From a virus, in the IMG/VR virus record IMGVR_UViG_3300024346_000044, positions 8,294-72,293 of that record: 64,000 nucleotides of DNA. One strand, given 5' to 3'. The first letter of the stretch is position 1. Every line of letters begins with the position of its first letter. Below the pieces are notes generated by a model. It did not search any database, was not told where the DNA came from, and was given only the letters and a program-made list of their open reading frames with translations. Positions 1 through 9,001 of the stretch are shown one piece after another. The position numbers and the translations under genes are program-made.

Positions 1-607
1 TAAAACTAAACAAGAATTAATTGATTTAGTAATTAAAAACTTAGATAAAAATCCATCTTACTATGTAGAAGAAGCTCAATTTGGTGTTAAAGGAATTGGC
101 TACACAGAAGACTACCCAGGATTAGGTAAAGGTAAAATGGTTAAAGACGCTGGTAAAGGTGGTGGATATGGAGAAGCTACTAAAAAAGACTTTCCTAAAG
201 GAGAAGTAGGAACAGGGTACTTAGCTGAAGGTAAAAAACCAGGATACATAGCTAAACTTGCTGAAATAGATAAACAATCAAAAGTAGTTGCTTTAGAGGC
301 AAAAATTGAAGCATTAGCAGAAATTATTTCAACAAAAGAAACAAGAATTTCAATGATATCAGAAGATGAAGATCTTGCTGAATTAATGGATAAAGGTAAA
401 ATTAAAGAAATCCAAAAAGAAATTAAAATTTTGATGAAAGAAAAAGCTAAAATGGAAAAGCTTTACGAAAAAATGCGTGGTAAGAAGAAAGAGGTAATGG
501 AAGAGGATACTGAAGTTCAAGAAGATCTAGGTTCAGACGATGTAGTTGATTTAAACGTAGATAATCCTGCAAGAGATGCAGAAATAGGAATGAATTTACC
601 ACAATAA
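1..607 (+). CDS. Head-module protein (5'-truncated; probable internal head/core protein)
   Basis: Frame is open from base 2 (KTKQELIDLVIKNLDKNPSYY...) through the called ATG at 137, so the gene starts upstream of the window. Charged coiled-coil, directly before the prohead protease. Confidence 0.6.
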   Translation, partial: KTKQELIDLVIKNLDKNPSYYVEEAQFGVKGIGYTEDYPGLGKGKMVKDAGKGGGYGEATKKDFPKGEVGTGYLAEGKKPGYIAKLAEIDKQSKVVALEAKIEALAEIISTKETRISMISEDEDLAELMDKGKIKEIQKEIKILMKEKAKMEKLYEKMRGKKKEVMEEDTEVQEDLGSDDVVDLNVDNPARDAEIGMNLPQ

Positions 608-613
608 GAAATT

Positions 614-1216
614 ATGAAGCAAGTACTTATAGAAACACAAATGTTTAAACCTGTTAAAGGAATGCTATCAGAAGGTAAAATGTCTGAAAGTGGTAATCCT
701 TTAGTAGAAGGTATCTTAGCTACAGCTGAAATTAAAAATGGTAACGGTAGGTATTATTCTAAAGATCTATGGGACAGAGAAATAGACAAATACAGAGAAC
801 TAGTAGACCAAAATAGAGCAATGGGAGAATTAGACCACCCAGAATCTCAAGTTGTAAATTTAAAAAATGTTTCACACAATATAAAAGATATGTGGTGGGA
901 TGGAGATAATGTAATGGGTAAGATAGAAATTTTACCTACACCATCTGGAAATATATTAAAAGCTTTAATTGATAGTGGAGTTACTTGTGGTGTATCATCA
1001 CGAGGAATGGGTTCATTAGAACAAAGAGGAGAATTAATGGAAGTTCAAGATGATTTTGAACTATTATGTTGGGATTTTGTATCAACCCCTTCAAATCCGG
1101 GTTCATACATGAAAACTATTAAAGAAGGAAAAGAAATTAATACTAACCCCTATAAAAAAATAAGTTCTATTATAACGGAAATATTATGCTCAAATGGCAG
1201 CTGCCCCATTATATAG
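614..1216 (+). CDS. Prohead core protease (T4 gp21-like)
   Basis: Motifs NGNGRYY, GELDHP, NVSH, GVSSRGMGS, WDFVSTPSNPGS; lies upstream of scaffold and capsid genes. Confidence 0.95.
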   Translation: MKQVLIETQMFKPVKGMLSEGKMSESGNPLVEGILATAEIKNGNGRYYSKDLWDREIDKYRELVDQNRAMGELDHPESQVVNLKNVSHNIKDMWWDGDNVMGKIEILPTPSGNILKALIDSGVTCGVSSRGMGSLEQRGELMEVQDDFELLCWDFVSTPSNPGSYMKTIKEGKEINTNPYKKISSIITEILCSNGSCPII

Positions 1217-1220
1217 AACT

Positions 1221-1493
1221 ATGGATGAACCAATATTAATTGCACTCATATCAGCCTTAGGGATTAAAGAAATTTGGAATATCATCAAAAAGAGGATGGA
1301 CCAAAAAAATGATCAAATTAAGCGAGAAGATAACTTATCTCTAAAAGTTATAGAAGAACTAAGATCTAAACTAAAAAATCTAGAAGAAAAACAAAACATA
1401 CTTATAGAGGAAAATACAGCGCTAAAAATCAAGGTAGCTAGAATGGAAGAACGTATAATTAAAAGTGCGGCCCATAGTAAAAAAAGAAAATAA
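1221..1493 (+). CDS. Small N-terminal-TM coiled-coil protein (holin/antiholin-like, unknown)
   Basis: Likely start is ATG 1221 (MDEPILIALISALG), just after the protease stop. Hydrophobic N-terminus followed by coiled coil. Confidence 0.55.
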   Translation: MDEPILIALISALGIKEIWNIIKKRMDQKNDQIKREDNLSLKVIEELRSKLKNLEEKQNILIEENTALKIKVARMEERIIKSAAHSKKRK

Positions 1494-1601
1494 AAAACTA
1501 ATCAGTTTTATAGTTTTCCTCAAGCAATAACAACATACAAAAAAATTTAACTTGTTTCAACAATAGTTGCATTAACTCAATTATTAACTAAACTTTTAAT
1601 C

Positions 1602-1829
1602 ATGGAAGAAATAATGAACAAAATAACAGGTTTTTTAGGCGGGATAACAACAATTCTATTATCCTTTGTATCACTAAGTATCTTAGCTGAAGTAATATTC
1701 GGGGTAGGAGTATTTGGTACCAGTGTAGTAGCCAATGTCATGGAGCTTATTAAAGCCCTAGGTGACGGAGGATTTGTTGGGGTCATAGCCCTAATTATTT
1801 TAATTCAACTTTTTTCAAATAAAAAGTAG
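1602..1829 (+). CDS. 75-aa Gly-rich membrane protein, function unknown
   Basis: Two hydrophobic segments; followed by its own terminator. Confidence 0.7.
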   Translation: MEEIMNKITGFLGGITTILLSFVSLSILAEVIFGVGVFGTSVVANVMELIKALGDGGFVGVIALIILIQLFSNKK

Positions 1830-1853
1830 GAGTTAAGAGATAATTGCTAGCAC

Positions 1854-1886
1854 AAAAACCTAGGAAGAAATTTCTGGGTTTTTTTT
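1854..1886 (+). terminator. Rho-independent terminator
   Basis: AAAAACCTAGGAA-GAAA-TTTCTGGGTTTTTTTT hairpin plus U-tract. Confidence 0.85.
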
Positions 1887-1905
1887 GACTTTAAATAATT
1901 TTCAT

Positions 1906-1914
1906 ATACGTATA
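1906..1914 (+). promoter_or_regulatory. Putative late promoter (ATACGTATA variant) for scaffold-capsid operon
   Basis: Matches the recurrent intergenic motif ATA(T/C)(T/G)TAT; lies just after a terminator. Confidence 0.55.
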
Positions 1915-2017
1915 CTCGTAAATATGCCGTTTCTATACGGTATTAGACAAAATGTTTAATTACTATTACGTTTAACACAATAAACGTACTTTCCCAACAA
2001 AAATAAATTTAGGAAGA

Positions 2018-3313
2018 ATGAACAGAGAATTTTTAAAAGAGGCTATCGCCGATGCAAAAGCTGTCAAAGAATCAGCAATTGCAAATGCTAAAGTTGCTCT
2101 AGAAGAAGCTTTCACTCCCCAACTTAAATCTATGCTTGCTGCTAAGCTCGAAGAAATGGATTCTGTAGATGAAGACGACGTAAAAGAAATGCGTGGTTCA
2201 TCTTATGAAGAAGACGACACAATGAGAGAAGAAATGACTGATCCAGACATGAGACATGGAGAAGACGAAGATGGCAAACCTGAAGCTGGTGCTCTTAAAG
2301 CAACAGAGAAGGATAGAGAAATAAATGAGGACGAAGAAGTTAATCTAGATGAAATTTTAGCTGAAATTGATAACGAGGTTTCAGAAGACGCCAGAACAGA
2401 TGCCGAAGAAGAAGGCTATGAAGATGGTATGGAAGATGAAAAAGAAGATATGGAAGATGATGAATTAAATCTTGACGATATGTCAGATGATGATTTAAAA
2501 TCATTCATTGAAGACGTTATCGCTGATATGGTTAGTGCTGGTGAATTAGAAGCTGGTACAGAATTTGAAGCAAAAGACGAAGAAGTCGAAGTAGAAGTTG
2601 AAGACGAAATAGAAATTTCGGAAGAAATGAAAGACGAAGATAAAATGGAAGAAGCAGTAGGTAACCCTATTAGCACTTCTGTCAAAATGGGATCTAAAAA
2701 TAAGTACGATGAAGATTTCATGAAAGCTATTAAAGGTGATATTAAAAATTTATCATCAGAATTAAAAGCTTCAATGAAAAAAGCTCTTGGACTTAGTGAA
2801 GATCTTGACGAAATCAATACTAGTGCAGGTATGAATTTAAGCTATACTAAAGGAAATAAATACGATGAAGATTTCATGAAGGCTTTTAAAGGTGATATTT
2901 CAAAACTATCACAAGGTTTAAAAGACAAATTGAAAGGTCTCTTCAAAGAGGAAATGGAATTAGATGAAGCTTATAATACTATCAACACTTTAAGGTCTGA
3001 ATTACACGAAGTAAATTTACTTAACGCAAAACTTCTATACACAAACAAGATTTTTAAATCAAAATCATTGACTGAGAAACAAAAAGGTAAAGTTTTAGAA
3101 GCGTTTGACAAAGCAAATGACGTCAAAGGAGTAAAATTAGTATACGAAACTCTAGATAAAAACATGAAAGTGAAATATAAGAGTTCAGTTACTGAAGGAA
3201 TCGTAGGTTCCGCTTCTAAGGGCATGAGTAATGTTAAAACTATGAAAAAACAACCTATAGTTGAATCAAATGAAATGGTTTCTAGATTTCAGAAACTTGC
3301 AGGTATAAAATAA
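2018..3313 (+). CDS. Prohead scaffolding protein (gp22-like)
   Basis: Very acidic, coiled-coil, many L/I-x-E putative protease sites, ends RFQKLAGIK; immediately upstream of the major capsid gene. Confidence 0.85.
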   Translation: MNREFLKEAIADAKAVKESAIANAKVALEEAFTPQLKSMLAAKLEEMDSVDEDDVKEMRGSSYEEDDTMREEMTDPDMRHGEDEDGKPEAGALKATEKDREINEDEEVNLDEILAEIDNEVSEDARTDAEEEGYEDGMEDEKEDMEDDELNLDDMSDDDLKSFIEDVIADMVSAGELEAGTEFEAKDEEVEVEVEDEIEISEEMKDEDKMEEAVGNPISTSVKMGSKNKYDEDFMKAIKGDIKNLSSELKASMKKALGLSEDLDEINTSAGMNLSYTKGNKYDEDFMKAFKGDISKLSQGLKDKLKGLFKEEMELDEAYNTINTLRSELHEVNLLNAKLLYTNKIFKSKSLTEKQKGKVLEAFDKANDVKGVKLVYETLDKNMKVKYKSSVTEGIVGSASKGMSNVKTMKKQPIVESNEMVSRFQKLAGIK

Positions 3314-3341
3314 ATTATAAATTAAAATTAAAACTTAAAAA

Positions 3342-4991
3342 ATGAGTCAATTAAACTCCCTTTTAGAAAGTGCTAATCCTTATAAGTCGCTACAAAGTGA
3401 TGCGGCTAGATTAGCAAACAAGTGGGATAAGACAGGATTGTTAGAAGGTATCGGAAATGAAACCAACAAAAACAATATGTCTATGATCCTAGAAAACCAA
3501 GCTAAGCAATTAGTTATGGAAGAAAGTAGCACAGGTGGTGGCGCTGGTGCTGGTACATTTACTCCTGGAACAGGAGCACAATGGGCTGGTGTAGCTTTAC
3601 CATTGGTAAGAAAAGTATTTGGACAAATAGCAGCAAAGGAATTTGTTTCTGTTCAACCAATGAACTTACCTTCTGGTCTAGTATTTTTCCTAGATTTCCA
3701 ATATGGTACTACAAAAACTCCATTTGCTGATGGTTCATCTTTATACGGTGATCCAAGTCAAACTCCTCCAGGATTTGGTAACACAAATACAGGTGGTCTT
3801 TATGGTGCTGGTAGATTTGGTTATTCAATCAACAACACATCTTCAGTAATAGCAGCTGGAAACATGGCAACATCTTCCGCTAACTTTTACTCAGATTTAG
3901 ATGCTGATAGTGATTTTTTAACAAGAATCTCTGGTTCAGGTGCTACTCAAGTACAAGTATGTACAATACAAAAAGCAGCTTTAGGTGCAAATGCTGATTA
4001 TGAAGCTATTCAAGGATTTTACCTTTCAGGTTCAAATGGTCCAACAGTAGCTCAACAATTCCCACAGTTTACTAAACAAACTGCTACAACTATTGACTTT
4101 ATCGTTACTAGTGGATCTATTGATCCAGCAGGTGCTGCAGGTGTTGCTTCATTAATATATACATTACAACCAACTGATGCTGATAGAGGTGATTTTGAAG
4201 AAGGTAATAACAACCTAAACAATAACAACAACCCAATCACTATCCCAGAAGTAAATGTACAAATGAGAAGTGAAGCTATCGTAGCTAAAACTAGAAAATT
4301 AAAAGCTGTTTGGACTCCTGAGTTTGCTCAAGATTTAAATGCTTACCATTCTCTAGATGCAGAAGCAGAATTAACATCAATTATGAGTGAATACATTTCA
4401 TTAGAAATTGATCTAGAAATTTTAGCAATGCTATTAGATGCTGCTCCAACTACAGAGTACTGGAGTGCTAATAATAACGAAGCTATTTCTGCAACAGGTG
4501 TAGTACAAGCTGATTTAGGATTCTATAACTCTCAAGGTCAGTGGTTCCAAACTTTAGGAACTAAAATGCAAAAACTATCTAACGAGATTCACCAGAAAAC
4601 TTTAAGAGGTGGTGCTAACTTTATGGTAATTTCTCCAAAAGTAGCAACTATTCTTGAATCAATCCCAGGATTTGCTTCAAATTCTGATGGTGATGCTGCT
4701 AAGATGAAGTATGCGTTTGGTGTTCAGAAAGCTGGACAAATGAACAGTAGATATGATGTATACAAAAACCCTTATATGACAGAGAATACAATTCTTATGG
4801 GATATAGAGGTGGACAATTCTTGGAAGCTGGTGCAGTATTTGCTCCATACATTCCATTAATTATGACTCCAATGGTATACGATCCAGATACGTTTACACC
4901 AAGAAAAGGTCTATTAACTAGATATGCTAAGAAAGTAGTAAGACCAGAATTTTACGGAAAAATCCAAATAGGTGGATTAAACACTCTATAA
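3342..4991 (+). CDS. Major capsid protein (T4 gp23-like)
   Basis: VSVQPMNLPSGLVFFLDF, AKTRKLKAVWTPEFAQDLNAYH, DAEAELT, APYIPL, FTPRKGLLTRY. Confidence 0.97.
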   Translation: MSQLNSLLESANPYKSLQSDAARLANKWDKTGLLEGIGNETNKNNMSMILENQAKQLVMEESSTGGGAGAGTFTPGTGAQWAGVALPLVRKVFGQIAAKEFVSVQPMNLPSGLVFFLDFQYGTTKTPFADGSSLYGDPSQTPPGFGNTNTGGLYGAGRFGYSINNTSSVIAAGNMATSSANFYSDLDADSDFLTRISGSGATQVQVCTIQKAALGANADYEAIQGFYLSGSNGPTVAQQFPQFTKQTATTIDFIVTSGSIDPAGAAGVASLIYTLQPTDADRGDFEEGNNNLNNNNNPITIPEVNVQMRSEAIVAKTRKLKAVWTPEFAQDLNAYHSLDAEAELTSIMSEYISLEIDLEILAMLLDAAPTTEYWSANNNEAISATGVVQADLGFYNSQGQWFQTLGTKMQKLSNEIHQKTLRGGANFMVISPKVATILESIPGFASNSDGDAAKMKYAFGVQKAGQMNSRYDVYKNPYMTENTILMGYRGGQFLEAGAVFAPYIPLIMTPMVYDPDTFTPRKGLLTRYAKKVVRPEFYGKIQIGGLNTL

Positions 4992-5013
4992 GAGTAACTG
5001 TATAATTTTTAAT

Positions 5014-5045
5014 AAAGAGAGGCGCTATTTGCGCCTCTTTTTTTT
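5014..5045 (+). terminator. Rho-independent terminator after capsid gene
   Basis: AGAGGCGC-TATTT-GCGCCTCT followed by a T-run. Confidence 0.92.
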
Positions 5046-5051
5046 CCTTAA

Positions 5052-5060
5052 ATATTTATA
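5052..5060 (+). promoter_or_regulatory. Putative late promoter ATATTTATA (representative of 17 sites)
   Basis: Same motif or the variants ATATGTAT/ATACGTAT at 1906, 5052, 5825, 8983, 10564, 12131, 19359, 22141, 22427, 24189, 24771, 25847, 29147, 38309, 45827, 54194 and 61096, each just upstream of a gene. Confidence 0.75.
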
Positions 5061-5085
5061 ATCAATAAACAGTTTTTACAAATAT

Positions 5086-5814
5086 ATGGCATCAAAACCC
5101 CACACAGATGAGATTTATAAGGAAAAAAGAATTCCTAAAAATCCAATTAAGTTTAAACTTCAACTAAATGAAGAACAAAAACTAGCAAAAGAAAAAATAT
5201 TAAATAATACTATTACTTTACTTGCTGGATCAGCGGGTTCAGGTAAAACGTTATTATCATGTCAAATAGCGTTAGATGGTCTATTTAGGAGAATTTATGA
5301 TAAGGTAATAATAACACGTCCAACAGTATCAAAAGAAGAAATTGGTTTTTTACCTGGTGATTTAAGAGAAAAAATGGATCCTTGGGTTCAACCTATCTAC
5401 CAAAATATGTTTTTACTTTATGATAAAGTTAAAGTAGAAAAATTCATTGAAGAAAGAAAAATATAAATTATACCTGTATCATTTATGAGAGGTAGAACAT
5501 TTGTAGATTCATGCATTATAGTAGATGAAGCACAAAACGTTACTCATGAACAAATGGAAATGATTATAACTAGAATAGGTAAAAGAAGTAAAATGATTAT
5601 ATGTGGAGATGACCACCAAGTTGATTTAAAAAATAAAGCAGATTCTGGATTTAGATTTATATATAAAGCAGCTTGCAAAATAAAAAAACTAGAATCTATT
5701 AAATTACTTGAAAATCATAGAGATCCTATTGTAGAAGATTTAATTGAATATTATGAAGAAAAAATATTAGGTGGAATAAAATTAAAAACTTCCGGCTCTA
5801 AGGGAAGGAAGTAA
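5086..5814 (+). pseudogene. phoH: PhoH-family ATPase interrupted by one in-frame TAA (5464-5466)
   Basis: Walker A GSAGSGKT, TRP, IGFLPG, then KI*IIPVSFMRGRT, DEAQN, GDDHQVD, HRDPIV. Both halves are in the same frame. Confidence 0.85.
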
Positions 5815-5845
5815 TAATTTCCGCATATTTATAATAAAAATAAGT

Positions 5846-6295
5846 ATGGCATCAACACTTACACCAACTACATTCAAAGTTAAAATTAAAGAAGAGCACG
5901 TAGTTCGAAATATCAGCACACTATATGAAAATATAGTTGAAATTAAAAATGTTACTAACGTTGATAGAAGAATAGTTACTATTCCACATACATCATCAGT
6001 TGATTTAATTAACATAAATGGTGTAGTACCAGGAGCAGGTACTTTTCCATCAAGTAGTATTCAATATGCAAGAATTACTAATTTAGATAATTCAAGTTCT
6101 CTAGCAGTTACATTTAGTAGCTCAAGAGATGAATATTGGTCACAAAAATTAAACCCAACCACATCTTTAGTGTGGTCAGGAGCAGAAGTAAGTGGTAGTT
6201 CATTTAATGGTACACTTTCTTCAGATTTAACATCAATAAAAGTCTATCCAATGAGTAGCAGTATAGATGTTGAATACGTAATTGTAAACGCTTAA
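5846..6295 (+). CDS. Hypothetical virion protein
   Basis: Beta-rich, Ser/Thr-rich 149-aa ORF behind a late-promoter motif in the structural region. Confidence 0.6.
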   Translation: MASTLTPTTFKVKIKEEHVVRNISTLYENIVEIKNVTNVDRRIVTIPHTSSVDLININGVVPGAGTFPSSSIQYARITNLDNSSSLAVTFSSSRDEYWSQKLNPTTSLVWSGAEVSGSSFNGTLSSDLTSIKVYPMSSSIDVEYVIVNA

Positions 6296-6306
6296 CAAAA
6301 AAAACA

Positions 6307-7467
6307 ATGGCAAACATTCCAATATGGCCCGGATCTAGTTCATTTCACCCAGGAGATACACCTTTTGGTTTTTATGATACAGACATAGAATTTCAAACAG
6401 ATGCAAATAAAGTATCAGTTTTCTCAGCAAGAAGGCTAGGATATCCTATTGTAGATGTTGAATTACAAGATTTAAACTTTTTTGCTGCTTTTGAAGAAGC
6501 AGTTACAGTATACGGTAATGAAGTATATGCATATAAAATTAGAGAAAACTATTTATCCCTAGATGGGGCGGATGATACAATAGATATTAATAATTCAATA
6601 GTAACTCCTAGTTTAGCTAGAGTAATAGAATTATCAGAACAATATGGTACTGAAGCAGGAACAGGTGGTAATGTAGATTGGAAACAAGGAGCAATTCGTT
6701 TAGAAACAGGTAAACAAGAATATGATTTAGATGCTTGGGCTGTAGAAAATGGATATTTAAAGGGTGATTTAGAAATTAAAAAAGTATTTTTTGAAGGTGA
6801 TCCTGCTATTATAAAATTTTTTGATCCATATGTAGGATCAGGAGCAGGCATTATGAATGTAATGGATAGTTTTGGGTGGGGTAATTATTCTCCTGCTATT
6901 AACTTTGTATTAATGCCTATAAATTACGATTTACAAGTAATACAACAGATAGAATTAAATGATATGATTAGAAGATCTAATTTTTCATTTGAAATTCACA
7001 ATAATAAATTAAGAATATTCCCTATACCAACAGCAAACAGCACAGTATACGCTCCTAATTTATATTTTGATTTTTTACTTAAATCAGAAAGAATAGCAAA
7101 TTCTATTAAAGATCTTCCTGGCAAGATAAATGATATAAGTAGAGTCCCTTATGTTAACCCAACATATACTAAGATAAATTCAGTAGGTAGAAGTTGGATA
7201 TTTGAGTATACATTAGCATTATGTAAAGAAATGTTAGGTTATATTAGAGGTAAATACGATACAGTACCAATACCAGGTTCTGAAGTTCAATTAAATGAAG
7301 CTGATTTAATAACAGCTGCTACAACAGAAAAACAAGCATTAATAGATAGATTAAGAGCATACTTAGATGAAACTTCAAGAGAAAAATTACTCGAAAGAAG
7401 ATCACTAGAAACAAATTTTAGGAAAATAGAACTTGAAGAAGTTCCTAATGTAATTTACATAGGTTAA
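6307..7467 (+). CDS. Neck/head-tail adaptor protein (gp13-like)
   Basis: RRLGYPIVDVEL near the N-terminus, WIFEYTLALCKEMLGYIRGKY and PGSEVQLN at the C-terminus; typical position. Confidence 0.8.
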   Translation: MANIPIWPGSSSFHPGDTPFGFYDTDIEFQTDANKVSVFSARRLGYPIVDVELQDLNFFAAFEEAVTVYGNEVYAYKIRENYLSLDGADDTIDINNSIVTPSLARVIELSEQYGTEAGTGGNVDWKQGAIRLETGKQEYDLDAWAVENGYLKGDLEIKKVFFEGDPAIIKFFDPYVGSGAGIMNVMDSFGWGNYSPAINFVLMPINYDLQVIQQIELNDMIRRSNFSFEIHNNKLRIFPIPTANSTVYAPNLYFDFLLKSERIANSIKDLPGKINDISRVPYVNPTYTKINSVGRSWIFEYTLALCKEMLGYIRGKYDTVPIPGSEVQLNEADLITAATTEKQALIDRLRAYLDETSREKLLERRSLETNFRKIELEEVPNVIYIG

Positions 7468-7468
7468 T

Positions 7469-8032
7469 ATGGCATTATACGGTGGACAAAGAGATATAAG
7501 CCTATTTAGGCATATAAATAGGGAATTAATGGGTAATATCATTACTCAACAATGTGCATTCTACAAATATAAAGTAGAAGAAACAAATGTTAACATTTAT
7601 GGTGAATCCGCACAAGAAAAATACTATATGGGTCCTGTTTTATTAAATTGTATAATAGAAAGACGAGACCAACAATACCCAGAAACTGATTTAGGTACTG
7701 ATTTTAGTTGGGGAGCTACGTTTAAATTTTTAAGAGATGATTTATTAGAAGCATCAAAAGATTTTAATAAAAACTTTGATAAAGGTGACCATAATTATGG
7801 AGCTAATTTAGTCCCTGAAGTAGGTGATATTATTTTATACCAAGAAGGATATTATGAAGTAGATACAATAGTATCAAACCAATATTTTACAGGTAAAAAC
7901 CCAGATTACCCTAATGAACCTGGAAATTTTAATCCAGGATTAGAAAATTTTGGAAGTAGTATTTCAATTATTTGTGAAACTCATTATGTACCCGCTGATA
8001 AAGTAGGTATTACTAGAGAAAGATATATATAA
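7469..8032 (+). CDS. Head closure/neck protein (gp14-like)
   Basis: NIYGES, PEVGDII, YYEVD motifs; follows the gp13-like gene. Confidence 0.7.
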   Translation: MALYGGQRDISLFRHINRELMGNIITQQCAFYKYKVEETNVNIYGESAQEKYYMGPVLLNCIIERRDQQYPETDLGTDFSWGATFKFLRDDLLEASKDFNKNFDKGDHNYGANLVPEVGDIILYQEGYYEVDTIVSNQYFTGKNPDYPNEPGNFNPGLENFGSSISIICETHYVPADKVGITRERYI

Positions 8033-8958
8033 TGACAGAAAAAGGAAGAAAACCAATACCAAAAACTCAAAGACAATTAAGTCTTTCACAACAAACTCCA
8101 TATGTTCCTCCTTTAGGCGCACCTGGTTTTTCCCCTACTGGTAACCCTAATAGTGAAGTTCCTTTTAATGAAAATAGAGGTGCTCAAATATCATATAAAG
8201 GAGATAATACAAAACCCTTAACATTAGGTTTTAAAGAAATTGATGAAGCTATATTTTATTATTTTGATAATGTTATTAAACCTTCAGTACTACAGAATGG
8301 GTCAAGGTTAAATGTCCCTGTTATATATGGTAATCCTGAAAGATGGAAACAAATCCAAAAAGATGGATTTTATAGAGATCTAAAAGGTAAAATTATGATG
8401 CCTATTATTGTCTTTAAAAGAAATAATTTTGAAAAATTAAGGAATTTATCAATTAAATTAGATTCTAATAACCCAAACAACATTCATGTTTTTGAAAAAC
8501 CATATAGTGTTAAAGATGCTTACAGTAATTTTAATCTATTAAATAATAGAACACCACTCAAAGAATATTATGCGGTTATTATGCCAGATTACGTGAAAAT
8601 AACGTATGACTTTGTAGTTTCAACGTACTACGTGGAACAACTAAACACGTTGATTGAAAATATTCAATACGCGTCTGATTCATATTGGGGAAACCCAGAA
8701 AGGTTTAAATTTAAAGCAATAATTAATAGCTTTGCTACACCTGTAGAAATAGTCCAAGGTGGAGAAAGAACAGTAAAAGCTACATTTCAATTAGATTTAT
8801 ATGGGTATTTAATTCCACAAAATATACAAAAAAGTATGACATCTATTTCAAAATACAGTAGTAAATCAGTAGTAAATATTAATAATGAAGTAGTTACTAG
8901 TCTATCAACAACCCCTCCTATTCCTAGAAATACAATAGAGCCAAATAATAATGATTGA
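8032..8958 (+). CDS. Tail terminator / sheath stabiliser (gp15-like)
   Basis: VPVIYGNPERW, PDYVKITYDF, F-x-L-x-GYL motifs; synteny. Confidence 0.7.
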   Translation: MTEKGRKPIPKTQRQLSLSQQTPYVPPLGAPGFSPTGNPNSEVPFNENRGAQISYKGDNTKPLTLGFKEIDEAIFYYFDNVIKPSVLQNGSRLNVPVIYGNPERWKQIQKDGFYRDLKGKIMMPIIVFKRNNFEKLRNLSIKLDSNNPNNIHVFEKPYSVKDAYSNFNLLNNRTPLKEYYAVIMPDYVKITYDFVVSTYYVEQLNTLIENIQYASDSYWGNPERFKFKAIINSFATPVEIVQGGERTVKATFQLDLYGYLIPQNIQKSMTSISKYSSKSVVNINNEVVTSLSTTPPIPRNTIEPNNND

Positions 8959-9001
8959 ATACATACGAAAACTAACTAAATAATATTTATAATAAAAGCG
9001 T

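Noticed and set aside
4205-4232. AAC/AAT run in the capsid gene as a phase-variable microsatellite
   Set aside because: It is a mixed-codon Asn-rich loop (GNNNLNNNNNP) in triplet units, so it cannot shift frame.
5464-5466. Genome-wide stop-codon reassignment or suppressor tRNA explaining the phoH TAA
   Set aside because: TAA, TAG and TGA all end well-defined genes here, other genes are uninterrupted, and the three tRNAs have sense anticodons.
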